Shown here: one piece after another, positions 51,876 through 64,000 of the stretch | Numbering within the stretch: the first letter of the stretch is position 1 | Layout: the number at the start of each line of letters is the position of its first letter | NCBI GenBank assembly: GCA_963765205.1 | Contig: CAVXVB010000009.1 | Location: 1,088,001 to 1,152,000 of the forward strand | Origin: an uncultured Verrucomicrobiae bacterium | Lineage (GTDB): Bacteria > Verrucomicrobiota > Verrucomicrobiia > Opitutales > JABDGR01 | Length of the DNA: 64,000 nt | Reading direction: 5' to 3' | Made by a program: the position numbers and the translations under genes | Notes under the pieces: model-generated | The model's input: only the letters and a program-made list of their open reading frames with translations | Told to the model about the DNA's origin: nothing | Database searches by the model: none

Positions 51876-52378
51876 CACCGTTAAATCTAGATTATTTTTT
51901 GGCCCTCGAGCAAGATCTTGAACGATATTCAAGATACATCGAATTTCATGAGGACAATTTTAAGACCTATTCACTGGAGCTTGTCAGATTACTTTTGGCC
52001 GCAGGATCTGAAGTAGATGTCGCGCTAAAAGAATTATGCCATCGAATCGATCCAACCAAGCACCCAAGGAAAATTCCCGAGTATAGAACGATTGTTTCAA
52101 GCAAATTTCCATCCATAGAGAGAGAGTCAGTCCTCATAAACCGATACCATATAAAATTAGAACCTTGGTTGGGATGGTCAAAGTCAATTCCGACTTGGTG
52201 GGACTCATATAACAAAGTGAAACATAACCGATTAAAAAACTATCGAGAGGGTAATTTAGGTAATGTGCTTAACGCGGTTTCTGGTCTGGGCGTTATTATG
52301 CAGCACTTATCCGAGAATAAATTCGAAAACTTTAAAGGGGAGTTCTTCAGCGGTTTACATAAAAGACTCTATCCTTGA
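51872..52378 (+). CDS. AT-rich hypothetical protein, HEPN-like
   Basis: Helical; WW.SYNKVKHNR motif; ATGA overlap with the TPR gene. Confidence 0.7.
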   Translation: MTPLNLDYFLALEQDLERYSRYIEFHEDNFKTYSLELVRLLLAAGSEVDVALKELCHRIDPTKHPRKIPEYRTIVSSKFPSIERESVLINRYHIKLEPWLGWSKSIPTWWDSYNKVKHNRLKNYREGNLGNVLNAVSGLGVIMQHLSENKFENFKGEFFSGLHKRLYP

Positions 52379-52397
52379 GAGAAGAAAGCAGCGTCTT

Positions 52398-52879
<482 letters not shown>

Positions 52880-52883
<4 letters not shown>

Positions 52884-53962
52884 TTGTTGCCTTTGATGAT
52901 GATCCATAAATCCACGGCGAAGAAGATGACGACGATGACTTCGAGCCACAACATGCGTTGCTCGTTGGTTTCGGCGTGGACGACGCTGTAGAGCCGGTCA
53001 ATCTGGGCCAGCCGCTGCTCGACGCTGGCGCGCCATTGATCGAGGTAGAAGCGCTCGCGCGCGCCGAGGTAAACGCGCGCCAGGTGCCAGTCGCCGAAGA
53101 ATTTCGTGATGTGCGTGATTTCGTCAGTGAGCTTGGTCACGTCCATGCGGAAGTGGCGCAGGTGGCGCAGCGAGATGGAGGGCGATCCGAAAAGCGGCAG
53201 GCGCGGGCGATCCAAATCATCGTAGGCGCGGTCGAGGTATTCGTCGAGGCGGCGGTCCATCACACGCAGTTCCTCGAGCTGGAGGTTGGCCAATTCGATG
53301 GCGTAGAGCACGTCGTCCAGGTAGCCTTCGAGGTCGGCGACGAGCGCGGCATCCCAATCCACCACGACCAGGTCGGTGTTTTCAAAGGAGCGCTGGATGC
53401 GGAGGACTTCGACAACCTGGGCCTCGCTGAGGCGCTCCGGCGCGGTTTCGCTGAGCAGGCCGGCGGCGGCGCGGCGGTTTTCATTGAGCCATTGGGTGGC
53501 GTCGCGCGGGCCGCCGAGGTCGGACAGGCAAAAGACGGTGTAGGCCTCGGGGATCATCTCGAAAGTCGAGCGGTTGGTCATATATTCCTCGAGGCTGGCA
53601 CAAACTTGGGCGCACAGGTCGCGGGCCACGGTATCGAGCGTGCGGCCATCGTCGAGGACGGGATGGTGGTAGGGCATCAGCTCGCCGAGGGTGGCGGCAG
53701 CGTGGGCGACGCGCATCATGACCGTGACGACGCCGACATCGTAAATGCGGACGAGCAGGCGCACCGGCTCGCAGCGCAGCGGGGACGACAGGGGCGCCGG
53801 GGCGATGGCCAGCGGCTTGTAGAGGGGCATGTCCTTGGGCAGCGTGTGGTCCATCCGGATTTCGAACGGGAAGGGCTTCTCGGACAGGACTTCGCGCACG
53901 CGCGCCGTGACGATCTCGTTCGCCACGTCAAAGGCATACAAGTAAACGACTTCGCCTTTCAT
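52880..53962 (-). CDS. Hypothetical protein with a C-terminal TM (RMD1/DUF155-like)
   Basis: QL.ELR..D..LD; LE..IV TM tail. Confidence 0.7.
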
Positions 53963-54050
53963 CGCCCCCCACTGTATCGAAGACCGCGGCGCTTGTCCAC
54001 CCCGGTGGGTTGACAGGGGCCGGGGAGGGCGGGTAATCTGGCCTCTGCCT

Positions 54051-55049
54051 ATGATCAAGCCCAAGTTCACGCTGGACTTCGAGAAGCCGCTGCATGAGCT
54101 GGAATTGCAGTTGCAGGACCTCCGCCGGCAGGCGGAAGAGGATCTGCTCGACCTGAGCGAGGAAATCCGCGCCGTCGAGGGGAAGCTGGAAGCCGCCAAG
54201 GCCAGAATCCATAAAAACCTGACTTCCTGGCAAAAGGTGCAGTTGGCGCGCCACCCGCAGCGGCCCTACGCGCTCGATTACATTAACCTGATTTTCGAGG
54301 GCTTTCAGGAATTGCACGGCGACCGGCTCTATCGCGATGACCAGGCGCTCATCGGCGGCCCGGCCTTCCTCGACGGCCAGCCCGTCATGCTGCTCGCCCA
54401 GCAAAAGGGCCGGAATACGAAGGAGAATCTGCGCCGCAATTTCGGCTGCCCCAATCCCGAAGGCTACCGCAAGGCCCTCCGCCTCATGCGCCTTGCCGAA
54501 AAATTCCATCTTCCCGTCATTTCGCTGGTGGACACGCCCGGCGCCTATCCCGGCATCGGCGCCGAGGAGCGCCACGTCGCCGAGGCGATTGCCGTCAATC
54601 TGCGCGAGATGAGCATCCTCGGCACGCCGATCATCGCGACCGTCATCGGCGAAGGCGGTTCCGGTGGCGCGCTCGGCATCGCCGTGGCCGATGTCGTCCT
54701 TATTCTGCAAAACGCCTACTACTCGGTGATCTCGCCCGAAGGTTGCGCAGCGATTTTGTGGAAGGATCGCGCCCACGCCCCGCGCGCGGCCGAGGCCCTG
54801 CAAATGACCGCCGACAAGCTCCTGAAAGCCGGCATCGTGGACGCCATCGTGCCCGAGCCCCTCGGCGGCGCGCACCTCGACCCCGCCGCCGCCGCGAAAA
54901 ATTTGAAAGCCGCGCTGCTGCAAAACCTCGCCCGCCTCACCGCCCTGCCGCCCCAGACCCTCCTCGACCAACGTTATCAAAAATACCGCAAACTCGGCGT
55001 CTTTCATGAAACCCACCCGGCGGCGGCGAAGATTGCGGTGGCGGGTTAG
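54051..55049 (+). CDS. accA: Acetyl-CoA carboxylase carboxyltransferase alpha subunit
   Basis: ARHP.RP, ELHGDR, DTPGAYPG, GEGGSGGA, SVISPEG. Confidence 0.97.
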   Translation: MIKPKFTLDFEKPLHELELQLQDLRRQAEEDLLDLSEEIRAVEGKLEAAKARIHKNLTSWQKVQLARHPQRPYALDYINLIFEGFQELHGDRLYRDDQALIGGPAFLDGQPVMLLAQQKGRNTKENLRRNFGCPNPEGYRKALRLMRLAEKFHLPVISLVDTPGAYPGIGAEERHVAEAIAVNLREMSILGTPIIATVIGEGGSGGALGIAVADVVLILQNAYYSVISPEGCAAILWKDRAHAPRAAEALQMTADKLLKAGIVDAIVPEPLGGAHLDPAAAAKNLKAALLQNLARLTALPPQTLLDQRYQKYRKLGVFHETHPAAAKIAVAG

Positions 55050-55109
55050 CGAGAAGCATTACATCGGTTCGCCGCCAAGACGCCAAGGGCGCAAAGCAAA
55101 TTTTGTCCC

Positions 55110-55889
55110 TCACCACTGCAACCGCAACCCGTCATACGCGAGGCGGATGTTGGGCGGCAGGGTCGCCTCGGTGGCGTCGTGGTCCACTTGGAAGGTCATA
55201 TGCGTGAGGTAGGTTTGCGGCGCGCCGATGGCTTGCGCGACGGCGACGGCTTCGGCAATCGTCATGTGCGAGTGGTGCGCGTGCGGGCGCAGGCCGTCGA
55301 GCACCACCACGTCGGCCCCGCGCGCGAGCGCCCGCGCCGGTTCGCCGACTTCCTTGCAGTCGCAATAATAGACGAACTTACGCCCGGTGCCCGCTTCCTC
55401 GAAGACGAGGCCGAGCGTCTCCCAGTCAAAATGCGGCAGCAAAATCGAATGGATGACGCCGCCGGGGACTTCGAGGCGGCGGGGCATTTCGCGCGCGCCA
55501 AAACAGGGGTAGCCTTTCGAGGCCGGGCGCGCGCCCATCGCGTAGGGGTAGATTTGCCGCACGCGTTCGAGGCCCGCGGGGGTGCTGTAAACCGGCAGCA
55601 CATGGTCGGGCAACTGGTCGCAAAAGCGGCGCAGGTCGTCCATACCCAGGATGTGGTCGGCGTGGCCGTGGGTGAGGATGAAGAGGTCGAGCGCGCGGAT
55701 GTCCTCGCGGATGCACTGGAGGCGGAATTCCTGCGCGGCGTCCACCTGGATGCGCGTGCCGCCCAAGACGATGTGGATGCTGGAGCGGGTGCGCCAGTTG
55801 CGCGGGTTGGCCAGGTCGAGGGTGCCGGGCGGCTGCGCGATCATCGGCACGCCTTGCGAGGTGCCCGTGCCCAGAAAGATGACTTCCAT
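55110..55889 (-). CDS. MBL-fold hydrolase (PhnP-like)
   Basis: LGTGTSQGVP, THGHADH..G.DDLR, AYDG. Confidence 0.92.
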   Translation of the reverse strand: MEVIFLGTGTSQGVPMIAQPPGTLDLANPRNWRTRSSIHIVLGGTRIQVDAAQEFRLQCIREDIRALDLFILTHGHADHILGMDDLRRFCDQLPDHVLPVYSTPAGLERVRQIYPYAMGARPASKGYPCFGAREMPRRLEVPGGVIHSILLPHFDWETLGLVFEEAGTGRKFVYYCDCKEVGEPARALARGADVVVLDGLRPHAHHSHMTIAEAVAVAQAIGAPQTYLTHMTFQVDHDATEATLPPNIRLAYDGLRLQW

Positions 55890-55970
55890 AAATGGGATCC
55901 TCGGTGGGCAGTGAGGAGGGCGGTGGCTCCAGGAGGCGGCCTGGATCGTGGCTTCGAACTGATGCAACTT

Positions 55971-56042
55971 GTAGCGCGGTGCTTTAGCCCGCGCTCTGCA
56001 GCACCCTTAAGAAAAGATGCGCGGGCTGAAGCACCGCGCTAC
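55971..56042. repeat. GTAG REP doublet, second family
   Basis: gtagcgcggtgctttagcccgcgc ... gcgcgggctgaagcaccgcgctac. Confidence 0.88.
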
Positions 56043-56085
56043 GAATGGGTGAACGGGCGTTTTCATGGCCGTTGGCAGACGCGCC

Positions 56086-56454
<369 letters not shown>

Positions 56455-56490
56455 TCACCCCACCCACTGCAAAGGAAAAAATTCAGGGGG

Positions 56491-57138
<648 letters not shown>

Positions 57139-57304
57139 CTACTGTACCTCGTTGTGAAGACAAGCCAAACCACGGATGGCAATGTATTGCAAAAACCCAA
57201 AGCCATTCACCGCTAAGACGCCAAGGAAGTCATTTGTGTAAAAACATTCTTTGCGCCCTGCGCGCCTTCGCGGTGAAAAAACCAGCTTAAAAATGCCTGC
57301 CCGC

Positions 57305-57679
<375 letters not shown>

Positions 57680-57764
57680 TTAAAATGTCGTTGACGCGGG
57701 GGGTGGCCGGCCAACGACCGCCCGTTCACGCAGGCCGAGACCGGCGGCGGGCAACCAAGAACCA

Positions 57765-57781
57765 AGCAAGCCCCGTGCCAG
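57765..57781 (-). promoter_or_regulatory. Sigma-54 (-24/-12) promoter upstream of the P-II operon
   Basis: Minus strand CTGGCACGGGGCTTGCT matches TGGCACG-N4-TTGC. Confidence 0.85.
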
Positions 57782-57822
57782 TTAAGGCGTGGCCAATAGC
57801 AACATCAACCTCATGTCCATGG

Positions 57823-57847
57823 GTAGGGACGCCTTTCCAAGGCGTCC
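57823..57847. repeat. GTAG REP-like palindrome, third family
   Basis: gtag-ggacgcctt-tcc-aaggcgtcc. Confidence 0.7.
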
Positions 57848-57852
57848 GCAAA

Positions 57853-58761
57853 CTACCAGAAGCCATCGCTCTGACCTGGTATAACCGTCTTGCCCACATT
57901 GAACTCCAAATTTCGAGAACCATTGGGATTGATAATGGATTCGATCTTCAAATCGAACGTGCCGTCTTTCTGAAGCGAGATTTCAATCAAAAAACGCCCA
58001 TAAACCTTACCGCCACGACTTTCGAGGTAAAAACCGCTCCACGCAGGTCTGGAACGCGACATAATCGGCCCCATCGTGTATTCAAGTTTTGCGTTATATC
58101 CGCTTTCTGGAGCTTCATAGTGAAAAGTGTCCGGTTGGCATTCTATAAAGCCTCCGTCAATCGCTTTCATCACAAACGCCCATTTGAAAGATCCATCCTG
58201 AAACATTTGCCCTGATTGTTTGATGTTGACCCGAAAATCACCGACTGGATTGCTCTCGCTTACATTGCCCTGGATAAGATCAATGGTGTAATCTTTTTCG
58301 TCTGGGCTTATGACATAGTGCTTCTCGGACACGATCCACGGCTCGACGCCACTCAATTTCCACATGGGAAAGATGAAGGGCTTTTCCGCAGAGTTCTCGC
58401 CAATAGGGACTACGGTGTTGCCGGGAAAATCCCTCACGTCTTTGTCAAATGCATAACCATCCTTGTGAAAATCATATCTTGGAGTGTACCCGTTTGCAAG
58501 GACACCGAATCCGCCTTGGTTGTCTGTGCTGGTCTTGTATTCATTGATGCCTTGCCCATAGCCTCTCAGATATGATGTCGTAACCGTTACATTAACGCCG
58601 GCAATAGGCGCTCCATTTTGATCAATAACCTTACCATATATGTGTGTCCACTGAAATGGTGAGACAGCCGTTCCAATTTCAATCATATCACAGCCCGTTT
58701 GCCCAAATAAGACAAAAAGTGTTGCGATTAAGAAGAGTAAACAATTTTTCATCGATTTCAC
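57853..58761 (-). CDS. AT-rich lipoprotein with a carboxypeptidase-regulatory-like domain
   Basis: QTG-C lipobox-like site; YGKVIDQNG.PI.G; TD.QG.F. Confidence 0.75.
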   Translation of the reverse strand: MKSMKNCLLFLIATLFVLFGQTGCDMIEIGTAVSPFQWTHIYGKVIDQNGAPIAGVNVTVTTSYLRGYGQGINEYKTSTDNQGGFGVLANGYTPRYDFHKDGYAFDKDVRDFPGNTVVPIGENSAEKPFIFPMWKLSGVEPWIVSEKHYVISPDEKDYTIDLIQGNVSESNPVGDFRVNIKQSGQMFQDGSFKWAFVMKAIDGGFIECQPDTFHYEAPESGYNAKLEYTMGPIMSRSRPAWSGFYLESRGGKVYGRFLIEISLQKDGTFDLKIESIINPNGSRNLEFNVGKTVIPGQSDGFW

Positions 58762-61118
58762 TCCTTCGCCAATTCCTTCAATTTTTTCAAGTCCAGCTTG
58801 CCGGTGCCGAGGATGGGGATGGCGTCTACTTTTTTGATGATGCGGGGAATCCAGAGGTTCGCCAGGCCTTTCGCGGAAAGTTTGCCGCGCAGTTCGTCGC
58901 CCTTGATGTCCAATGTCGTAAGGAGCACCAGCGCCTCGCCTTTCGCCGCGTCGGGGCGGGCAGCGATGGCGACGTGGGAGGCCGCGTCGCCGGGCGCCAG
59001 CCCGAGGGCTTCTGCGACCGCGGCCTCGACCGTGCCGTGCGGGACCATTTCGCCGCCGATTTTCGAAAAGCGCGAGAGGCGGCCTTCGATATACAAAAAG
59101 CCGTCCTCGTCCAATTTTGCCAAATCGCCGGTGACAAACCAGCCGGTATTGAAGGCCGCGGTGGTCGCCTCCGGTTGTTCGAGGTAGCCGGGGAAAATAT
59201 TGACGCCTTTGAGCCAGAGGATGCCGACATCATTGAAACCCTTGTCCGCACCGGTGTCGGGATCCACGATGCGCGCGGCCGAGCCGGGAAAGAGCTTTCC
59301 GACCGAGCCGAGGCGTTTTTTCAGGCGCACAGACTCGGCGCTTTCGCCAGGCAGCGCGGGGAGGTTGACGGCCACAACCGGCGAAGTCTCCGTCAGCCCA
59401 TAGCCTTCGCAGTATTGGCTGCCGAAGTGTTTTTCCCATTCCTCGTGGAAACCGGCCGGCGTCTTCTCCGCGCCGGCGACGACGAACTTCACGGTGACGA
59501 ACTGGCGCGGCTCGGCCCGCTTGAGGTAGGCGCGGAAAAACGTCGGCGTGCCCAGCAGCACGGTGGCTTTTTCCCCCGCGATGGCGTCGAGGCATTTGTG
59601 CACATCGAGCGGCGAGGGCACGGTGACGACGCGCAGGCCGCGCTGGATGGCATACCACAAATTAATGGTGAATCCGAAGCTGTGAAAAATCGGCAGGTTG
59701 GCGAGCAGGATTTCATGCGCGGGCAGGATGCCGCTGGCGTCAATCTGCGCGCAATTGCCCAGGATGTTGCGGTGCGTGAGCACGACGCCCTTCGGCTCGC
59801 CGGAGCTGCCGCTGGTAAAGAGCAGGCCGGCTTCGCGGTCGCCGCCCTCGCGCGGGACGCGCCCGAGGCGCAGCAGAAAGCTGGCGGAGCAAAACTTCGC
59901 CGCCAGCACCCAGCCCAGCAGCTTGAGTTTGGAGAGCGCGGCGATTTCGTCCCGCAGATTGAGCACGCGCTCCGACCACGGCAGGTCGTGGATACGCGTG
60001 GTAATTTTCTCGCGGAAGGTTTTGTCGGTGATCGTGGTCTTGATGCCGGCCTTGTGCAGGGAATGTTCGAGCGCGCCCTTGCCGATGGTGAAATTCAAGT
60101 TGACCGGCGTCTTGCCCGCGAGCATGACCGCGTAGTTGGCGACCAGGCCGCCGAGGCTCGGCGGCAGGACGATGCCCACGCGCGGCTCCGGCACCTCGCG
60201 GCGCAGGCGTTGGGCGAGCGCGAGCGAGAGAGCGAGGAGCTTCACCGGGCCGATGCGTTGCGCGTGGTCGGTGGTGTAATCCACAATCGCGTCGCCCCCG
60301 GTGTAGCCTTTCAGCGCGCGCACCAGCGCCTCGCCCAGATGCCCGGCGAATTCCGGGCGCTCGATGAATTTCGCCTCATCGAGGTCCAGCAGCGGCGCGC
60401 CGGGCGGCTGGCGCGGCGGCGAAGGCGGTGCGACGGGCGCGGGTGCCGCCGGGGCGACCGCCGGGGGGGGCGGCGGAATGGCCAGGGGCGCGTTAACCGG
60501 GTCGCTGGGCTGGGCCAGCGCGACGAGGGCCTGGCGGAGGTTTTGCACCGTGGCGGCGTCCGCCGCAATCGGCGGGCCGAAGCGCAGCACGACGGGATAG
60601 GGCAGACGCAATGGCCATTTCCAAAAAAACTTCCCGCGCTCGAAGCTGAAAATCGAACCCCACACGCCCGCCAGATGCACCGGCACCACCGGCCGGCCCG
60701 AGTGCCGCGCGAGTAAATTGAAACCGCCCTCGATTTGCTGCAATTCGCCCGTGCGCGAAATCTGGCCCTCGGGAAAAATCAAAATCGCCGCGCCTTCCTC
60801 GAGCAGGCGCGCGGCTTCCTTGAGCGAGGCGCGCGCATTGTCCGGGCTGATCGGCAGCGTGCCGAAGACGCGGAAAATCGCGCGAAAAAACGCGTGGCGC
60901 ATGAACCCGCCCCACGCCAGCGTCCGCAGCGGCCGCGGGCTGGCGGCCACCAGCAGCACCACGTCCACATACGAAAAATGGTCGGACGCCACCAGCACGC
61001 CGCCTTCACGCGGCAGATTTTCCAGACCCTCGATCCGCACCTTGTAAAAGAGGCGCACGATTGGCCGCGCGCACGCGGTGAGGATTTTGGCAAGCCAGGT
61101 TTGGGAATCGGCGGGCAT
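58758..61118 (-). CDS. aas: Acyltransferase/acyl-ACP synthetase (Aas-like); start may extend to 61262
   Basis: H.SYVD and FPEG PlsC domain; FTSGSSGEPKG, GYGLTE, TGD, RFSKIGGEMV. Confidence 0.92.
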   Translation of the reverse strand: MPADSQTWLAKILTACARPIVRLFYKVRIEGLENLPREGGVLVASDHFSYVDVVLLVAASPRPLRTLAWGGFMRHAFFRAIFRVFGTLPISPDNARASLKEAARLLEEGAAILIFPEGQISRTGELQQIEGGFNLLARHSGRPVVPVHLAGVWGSIFSFERGKFFWKWPLRLPYPVVLRFGPPIAADAATVQNLRQALVALAQPSDPVNAPLAIPPPPPAVAPAAPAPVAPPSPPRQPPGAPLLDLDEAKFIERPEFAGHLGEALVRALKGYTGGDAIVDYTTDHAQRIGPVKLLALSLALAQRLRREVPEPRVGIVLPPSLGGLVANYAVMLAGKTPVNLNFTIGKGALEHSLHKAGIKTTITDKTFREKITTRIHDLPWSERVLNLRDEIAALSKLKLLGWVLAAKFCSASFLLRLGRVPREGGDREAGLLFTSGSSGEPKGVVLTHRNILGNCAQIDASGILPAHEILLANLPIFHSFGFTINLWYAIQRGLRVVTVPSPLDVHKCLDAIAGEKATVLLGTPTFFRAYLKRAEPRQFVTVKFVVAGAEKTPAGFHEEWEKHFGSQYCEGYGLTETSPVVAVNLPALPGESAESVRLKKRLGSVGKLFPGSAARIVDPDTGADKGFNDVGILWLKGVNIFPGYLEQPEATTAAFNTGWFVTGDLAKLDEDGFLYIEGRLSRFSKIGGEMVPHGTVEAAVAEALGLAPGDAASHVAIAARPDAAKGEALVLLTTLDIKGDELRGKLSAKGLANLWIPRIIKKVDAIPILGTGKLDLKKLKELAKE

Positions 61119-61289
61119 GGAGGCGTGGGCAAAGAGAAGCGGAGCGCGGCGGCCGGGTTGGGTGCCGCGCGCGGACGAGCCGAACCTAACAAGTCCCGCG
61201 CCGCCACCCAAGCTGATAAGCCACACTAACGCAAATATGTCGAGTCCGGGAAAATGGTGCATGGGAGGAAATGGGTTGCCATTCCTCCG

Positions 61290-61307
61290 TTGCATACCGG
61301 ATGCCAG
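61290..61307 (-). promoter_or_regulatory. Possible sigma-54 promoter upstream of aas
   Basis: Minus strand CTGGCATCCGGTATGCAA, GG-N10-GC spacing. Confidence 0.45.
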
Positions 61308-61485
61308 CACACCGAAATCTTTTGGGCCAAAACGACGCAGTTAGCTTTAACTTCATGCCGGGCAATGTGTTAAAGAGACAAACAACACTGCGCGCAAATT
61401 TAAGCGCGCGCGCGACACCGGCACAAAACGTCCGTTGACAACAGAAAACGCCTGCACGATCCAAGCTGACCGACCGCCCATCCAA

Positions 61486-61935
61486 CTACGGCTGGCCGCC
61501 GAAAGTTACATAGTCATCCACGTCAAGCAGGTCGAAAAACGTGACCAGATCGGCGCGTTTGGGGGCGAGTTTCGTTTGCGCTTCGTTGTAATAGGTGCGC
61601 ATCTCCACGTTGCTCGGGGCGCGCTGCTCCATCAACGATGACCACAAATGAATTTCGCCCGGGCAGCGGTGGTGCTTGGCGTGCTTTTCAATCCAAGCCA
61701 GAATTTCGCTGTCGCTCCTGCCCTTGGCGACTTCCTTTTGGAGTTTGGCGGCGTCAATGCCGACGAACTCGAGGAATCGCTGGTCGAGCGGGCAATTATA
61801 ATTGAACTCGCCATTGGTCTTGGCGATGGTGGCGCGGCATTTGTCCAGCACGCGGGGGAGGACGGCGAAGCCGCCGAGGCGCACGCGCGGGCTGCGCGGC
61901 GCGCGTTTGGTGAGGTCGGGTGCGAAGATAGCCAT
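61486..61935 (-). CDS. DUF5069-like protein
   Basis: DLT.R.PRSPR.RLGG...LPR..DK.RA, YNCPLD. Confidence 0.82.
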   Translation of the reverse strand: MAIFAPDLTKRAPRSPRVRLGGFAVLPRVLDKCRATIAKTNGEFNYNCPLDQRFLEFVGIDAAKLQKEVAKGRSDSEILAWIEKHAKHHRCPGEIHLWSSLMEQRAPSNVEMRTYYNEAQTKLAPKRADLVTFFDLLDVDDYVTFGGQP

Positions 61936-62043
61936 GGGGGGAAGGTAGGTAAGAGTTAAGAAGGCAGAATTAAGAAATCAAAGCTAAACTTCAAGCGCGC
62001 AGCGGTCAAGCGATACTTTAAACGGGCGTTTGCAAAAATTGGG

Positions 62044-63816
62044 TCACATACGTTCCAGCGTTTCCAGCCCAAGCGTGCGCAGGCCGGTCTCCAGCACGCG
62101 GAGGGTGCGCGCGCAGAGCAGGAAGCGGCGTGCGCGCACGGGCGGTTCCTCGACCATCACGCGGTCGGCGCTGTAAAACGTGGAAAATTCGCCGGCGAGT
62201 TCATACAGATATGTGCAAAGAAAATGCGGACGCAAGTCGGCCAGCGTGGCTTCCAGCACCGATGGCAGCGCGGCGAGCTTGCGCGCGAGCGCGATTTCCG
62301 CGGGGGTTTGGAAAACATCAGCCACGGCTTCGTCCGTGGCATCGTCGGGCGAGCGGCCCGCCTTGCGGAAAATGCTGTGCAGCCGCGCGACGGCATAGAG
62401 CAGGTAGGGGGCCGTGTTGCCGTCGAGCGCCAGCAATTTGTCCCAAGCGAATTCGTAATCGGAAGTGCGGTCCTGGCGCAGGTCCGCGTATTTCACCGCT
62501 CCAAGGCCGACGACGCGCGCGATGTGGTCTTTCTCCGCGTCGGGCAGGTTGGGATTTTTTTCGGCGACGATGGCGCGGGCGCGCACCTGCGCCTCCGCCA
62601 GCACGTCGAGCAGCTTGAGCGTTTCGCCGCTCCTGGTTTTGATGGCGCGGCCGTCCTCGCCCAGAATCGTACCCCACCACACGTGGCGCAAGCGCGGCAC
62701 CGGCCGGCTCGCCGCATGGAACCATTTGTCCGCGGTTAAAAACAATTGCTCGAAATGGTCGCGCTGGCGGCCGTCGGTGAAGTAAATGATTTCGTCGGCG
62801 TGCCACCGCTCGACGCGGTAGAGCACCGTGGCCAGGTCGGTCGAGGCGTAGTTGCTCGCCCCGTCGCTTTTGCGAATGATGAACGGCTGCTCCTTAAAGC
62901 GTGGGTGCTCGGGATGGAAAACCACCAACGCGCCTTCGCTGGTTTCGGCGAGCTGATATTTCGTCAATTCATCGTAAATGTGTTCGACTTTATCCCGGTA
63001 AAAAGATTCGCCCAGCGTGTGCTCGATGGTGACGTCGAGCATTTGGTAAACGGCCTCGGCGGCACGGTTGCTGACGGCGACAATTTGCTCCCAGATGCGC
63101 GTGTTTTCGGGATCGCCGTTTTGGAGTTTCACCAATTCCGCGCGGGCGCGCTCGGCCCCCGCGCCGCCTTTGTCCTGCGCCTTGGCCGCGCCAATTTTGT
63201 AGAGTTGGTCGAGCAGCCCGACGGCCTCCTCCGGGTCGGCGGGGAGCTGGATTTGCGATTCTTTCAGTTCGAGAATCAGCACGCCGAAATTCGTGCCCCA
63301 ATCGCCCAGGTGGTTGTCGCGGATGACGCGCGCGCCGCAAAACGCCAGGAGGCGCGAAATCGCCTCGCCAATGACCATCGGGCGCAGGTGGCCGACGTGC
63401 ATTTGCTTGGCGACATTCGGTGAGGGGTAATCCGCCACGATCGTGTGCCCGTGATACAGCCCGCCCGCGCCTTCGCGAAACGCCGATTCGTTGCGGTAGC
63501 GCCGCAGCCACGCGAGCAGAAACGCCGGCGTGAGCTTAAAATTGATGAAGCCCGGGCCGGCGACTTCGATTTGCATAAGCGCGGGGTCGAGGGCCGGGTC
63601 CGCGCGCAGGGTTTCCGCGAGCGCCGTGCCGAGCGTGCGGGGATTTTGCTTCTGTGCCTTGGCGAAACCGAGGACGCCGTTGGCCTGGAAATCGGCATGG
63701 CGCGGGTCGGCCGGACGAATGTCGGGCGCGAAGCCGGCGGCAAAGCCGGGCGTGCGCGCGGCGGCGGCGCGGACGACGCCGTCCAGCTCGCGGGCGGGAT
63801 GAAACCAGATGTCCAT
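62044..63816 (-). CDS. argS: Arginine--tRNA ligase
   Basis: GPGFIN, PNVAK.MHVGH, GDWGT, GNTAPY, FY, ERM C-terminus. Confidence 0.97.
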   Translation of the reverse strand: MDIWFHPARELDGVVRAAAARTPGFAAGFAPDIRPADPRHADFQANGVLGFAKAQKQNPRTLGTALAETLRADPALDPALMQIEVAGPGFINFKLTPAFLLAWLRRYRNESAFREGAGGLYHGHTIVADYPSPNVAKQMHVGHLRPMVIGEAISRLLAFCGARVIRDNHLGDWGTNFGVLILELKESQIQLPADPEEAVGLLDQLYKIGAAKAQDKGGAGAERARAELVKLQNGDPENTRIWEQIVAVSNRAAEAVYQMLDVTIEHTLGESFYRDKVEHIYDELTKYQLAETSEGALVVFHPEHPRFKEQPFIIRKSDGASNYASTDLATVLYRVERWHADEIIYFTDGRQRDHFEQLFLTADKWFHAASRPVPRLRHVWWGTILGEDGRAIKTRSGETLKLLDVLAEAQVRARAIVAEKNPNLPDAEKDHIARVVGLGAVKYADLRQDRTSDYEFAWDKLLALDGNTAPYLLYAVARLHSIFRKAGRSPDDATDEAVADVFQTPAEIALARKLAALPSVLEATLADLRPHFLCTYLYELAGEFSTFYSADRVMVEEPPVRARRFLLCARTLRVLETGLRTLGLETLERM

Positions 63817-63831
63817 GATCGGAGAAGTGAT

Positions 63832-63999
63832 TTAACCCGCGCGGGCGAAAGACTCAATCGCCGCGGCGACTTCGGCGCGCTCGGCGGCCGTGAGTTCGGG
63901 GAAAATGGGGATGCTCAAAACCTCGCCGGCCAAGAGGTGCGAGCGCATGCAGTTTTCGCCGCCGCGGCCGACGTTCTGGAAACATGGCTGCCGGTCGAG
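63832..63999 (-). CDS. DegT/DnrJ/EryC1/StrS aminotransferase, C-terminal fragment
   Basis: Hand translation LDRQPCFQ...EVLSIPIFPELT..E...V..AI*. Confidence 0.8.
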   Translation of the reverse strand, partial: LDRQPCFQNVGRGGENCMRSHLLAGEVLSIPIFPELTAAERAEVAAAIESFARAG

Positions 64000-64000
64000 C

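Overview
A high-GC bacterial chromosomal segment. Gene content and repeat style suggest Verrucomicrobiota/Opitutales (inference only). It carries housekeeping genes (pheA, scpB, ilvD, dusB, purH, leuCD, accA, aas, argS, tRNA-Arg) with single AT-richer genes inserted between them. Mobile and repeat content includes an IS5-family element, a MITE, a REP-associated tyrosine transposase (RAYT) with cognate REPs, and many palindromic and 7-9-mer intergenic repeats. The best candidates for new biology are: (1) a sigma-54-driven P-II / atypical aquaporin (DPA/NPAV) / P-II operon with no amtB in the window; (2) a four-helix-bundle gene bracketed by inverted octamer arrays, in an intervening-sequence-like layout; (3) repeat-bounded, translationally coupled single-gene insertions, including a GNAT-like plus small-ORF pair, a HEPN-like gene and an orphan antitoxin cut at a REP; (4) a Lys-rich micro-ORF inside a fabF-ACP-desaturase-like lipid cluster. 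About nine single-base frameshifts, many in homopolymer runs, suggest long-read assembly errors. All product calls come from motif recognition by eye; no database search was run.
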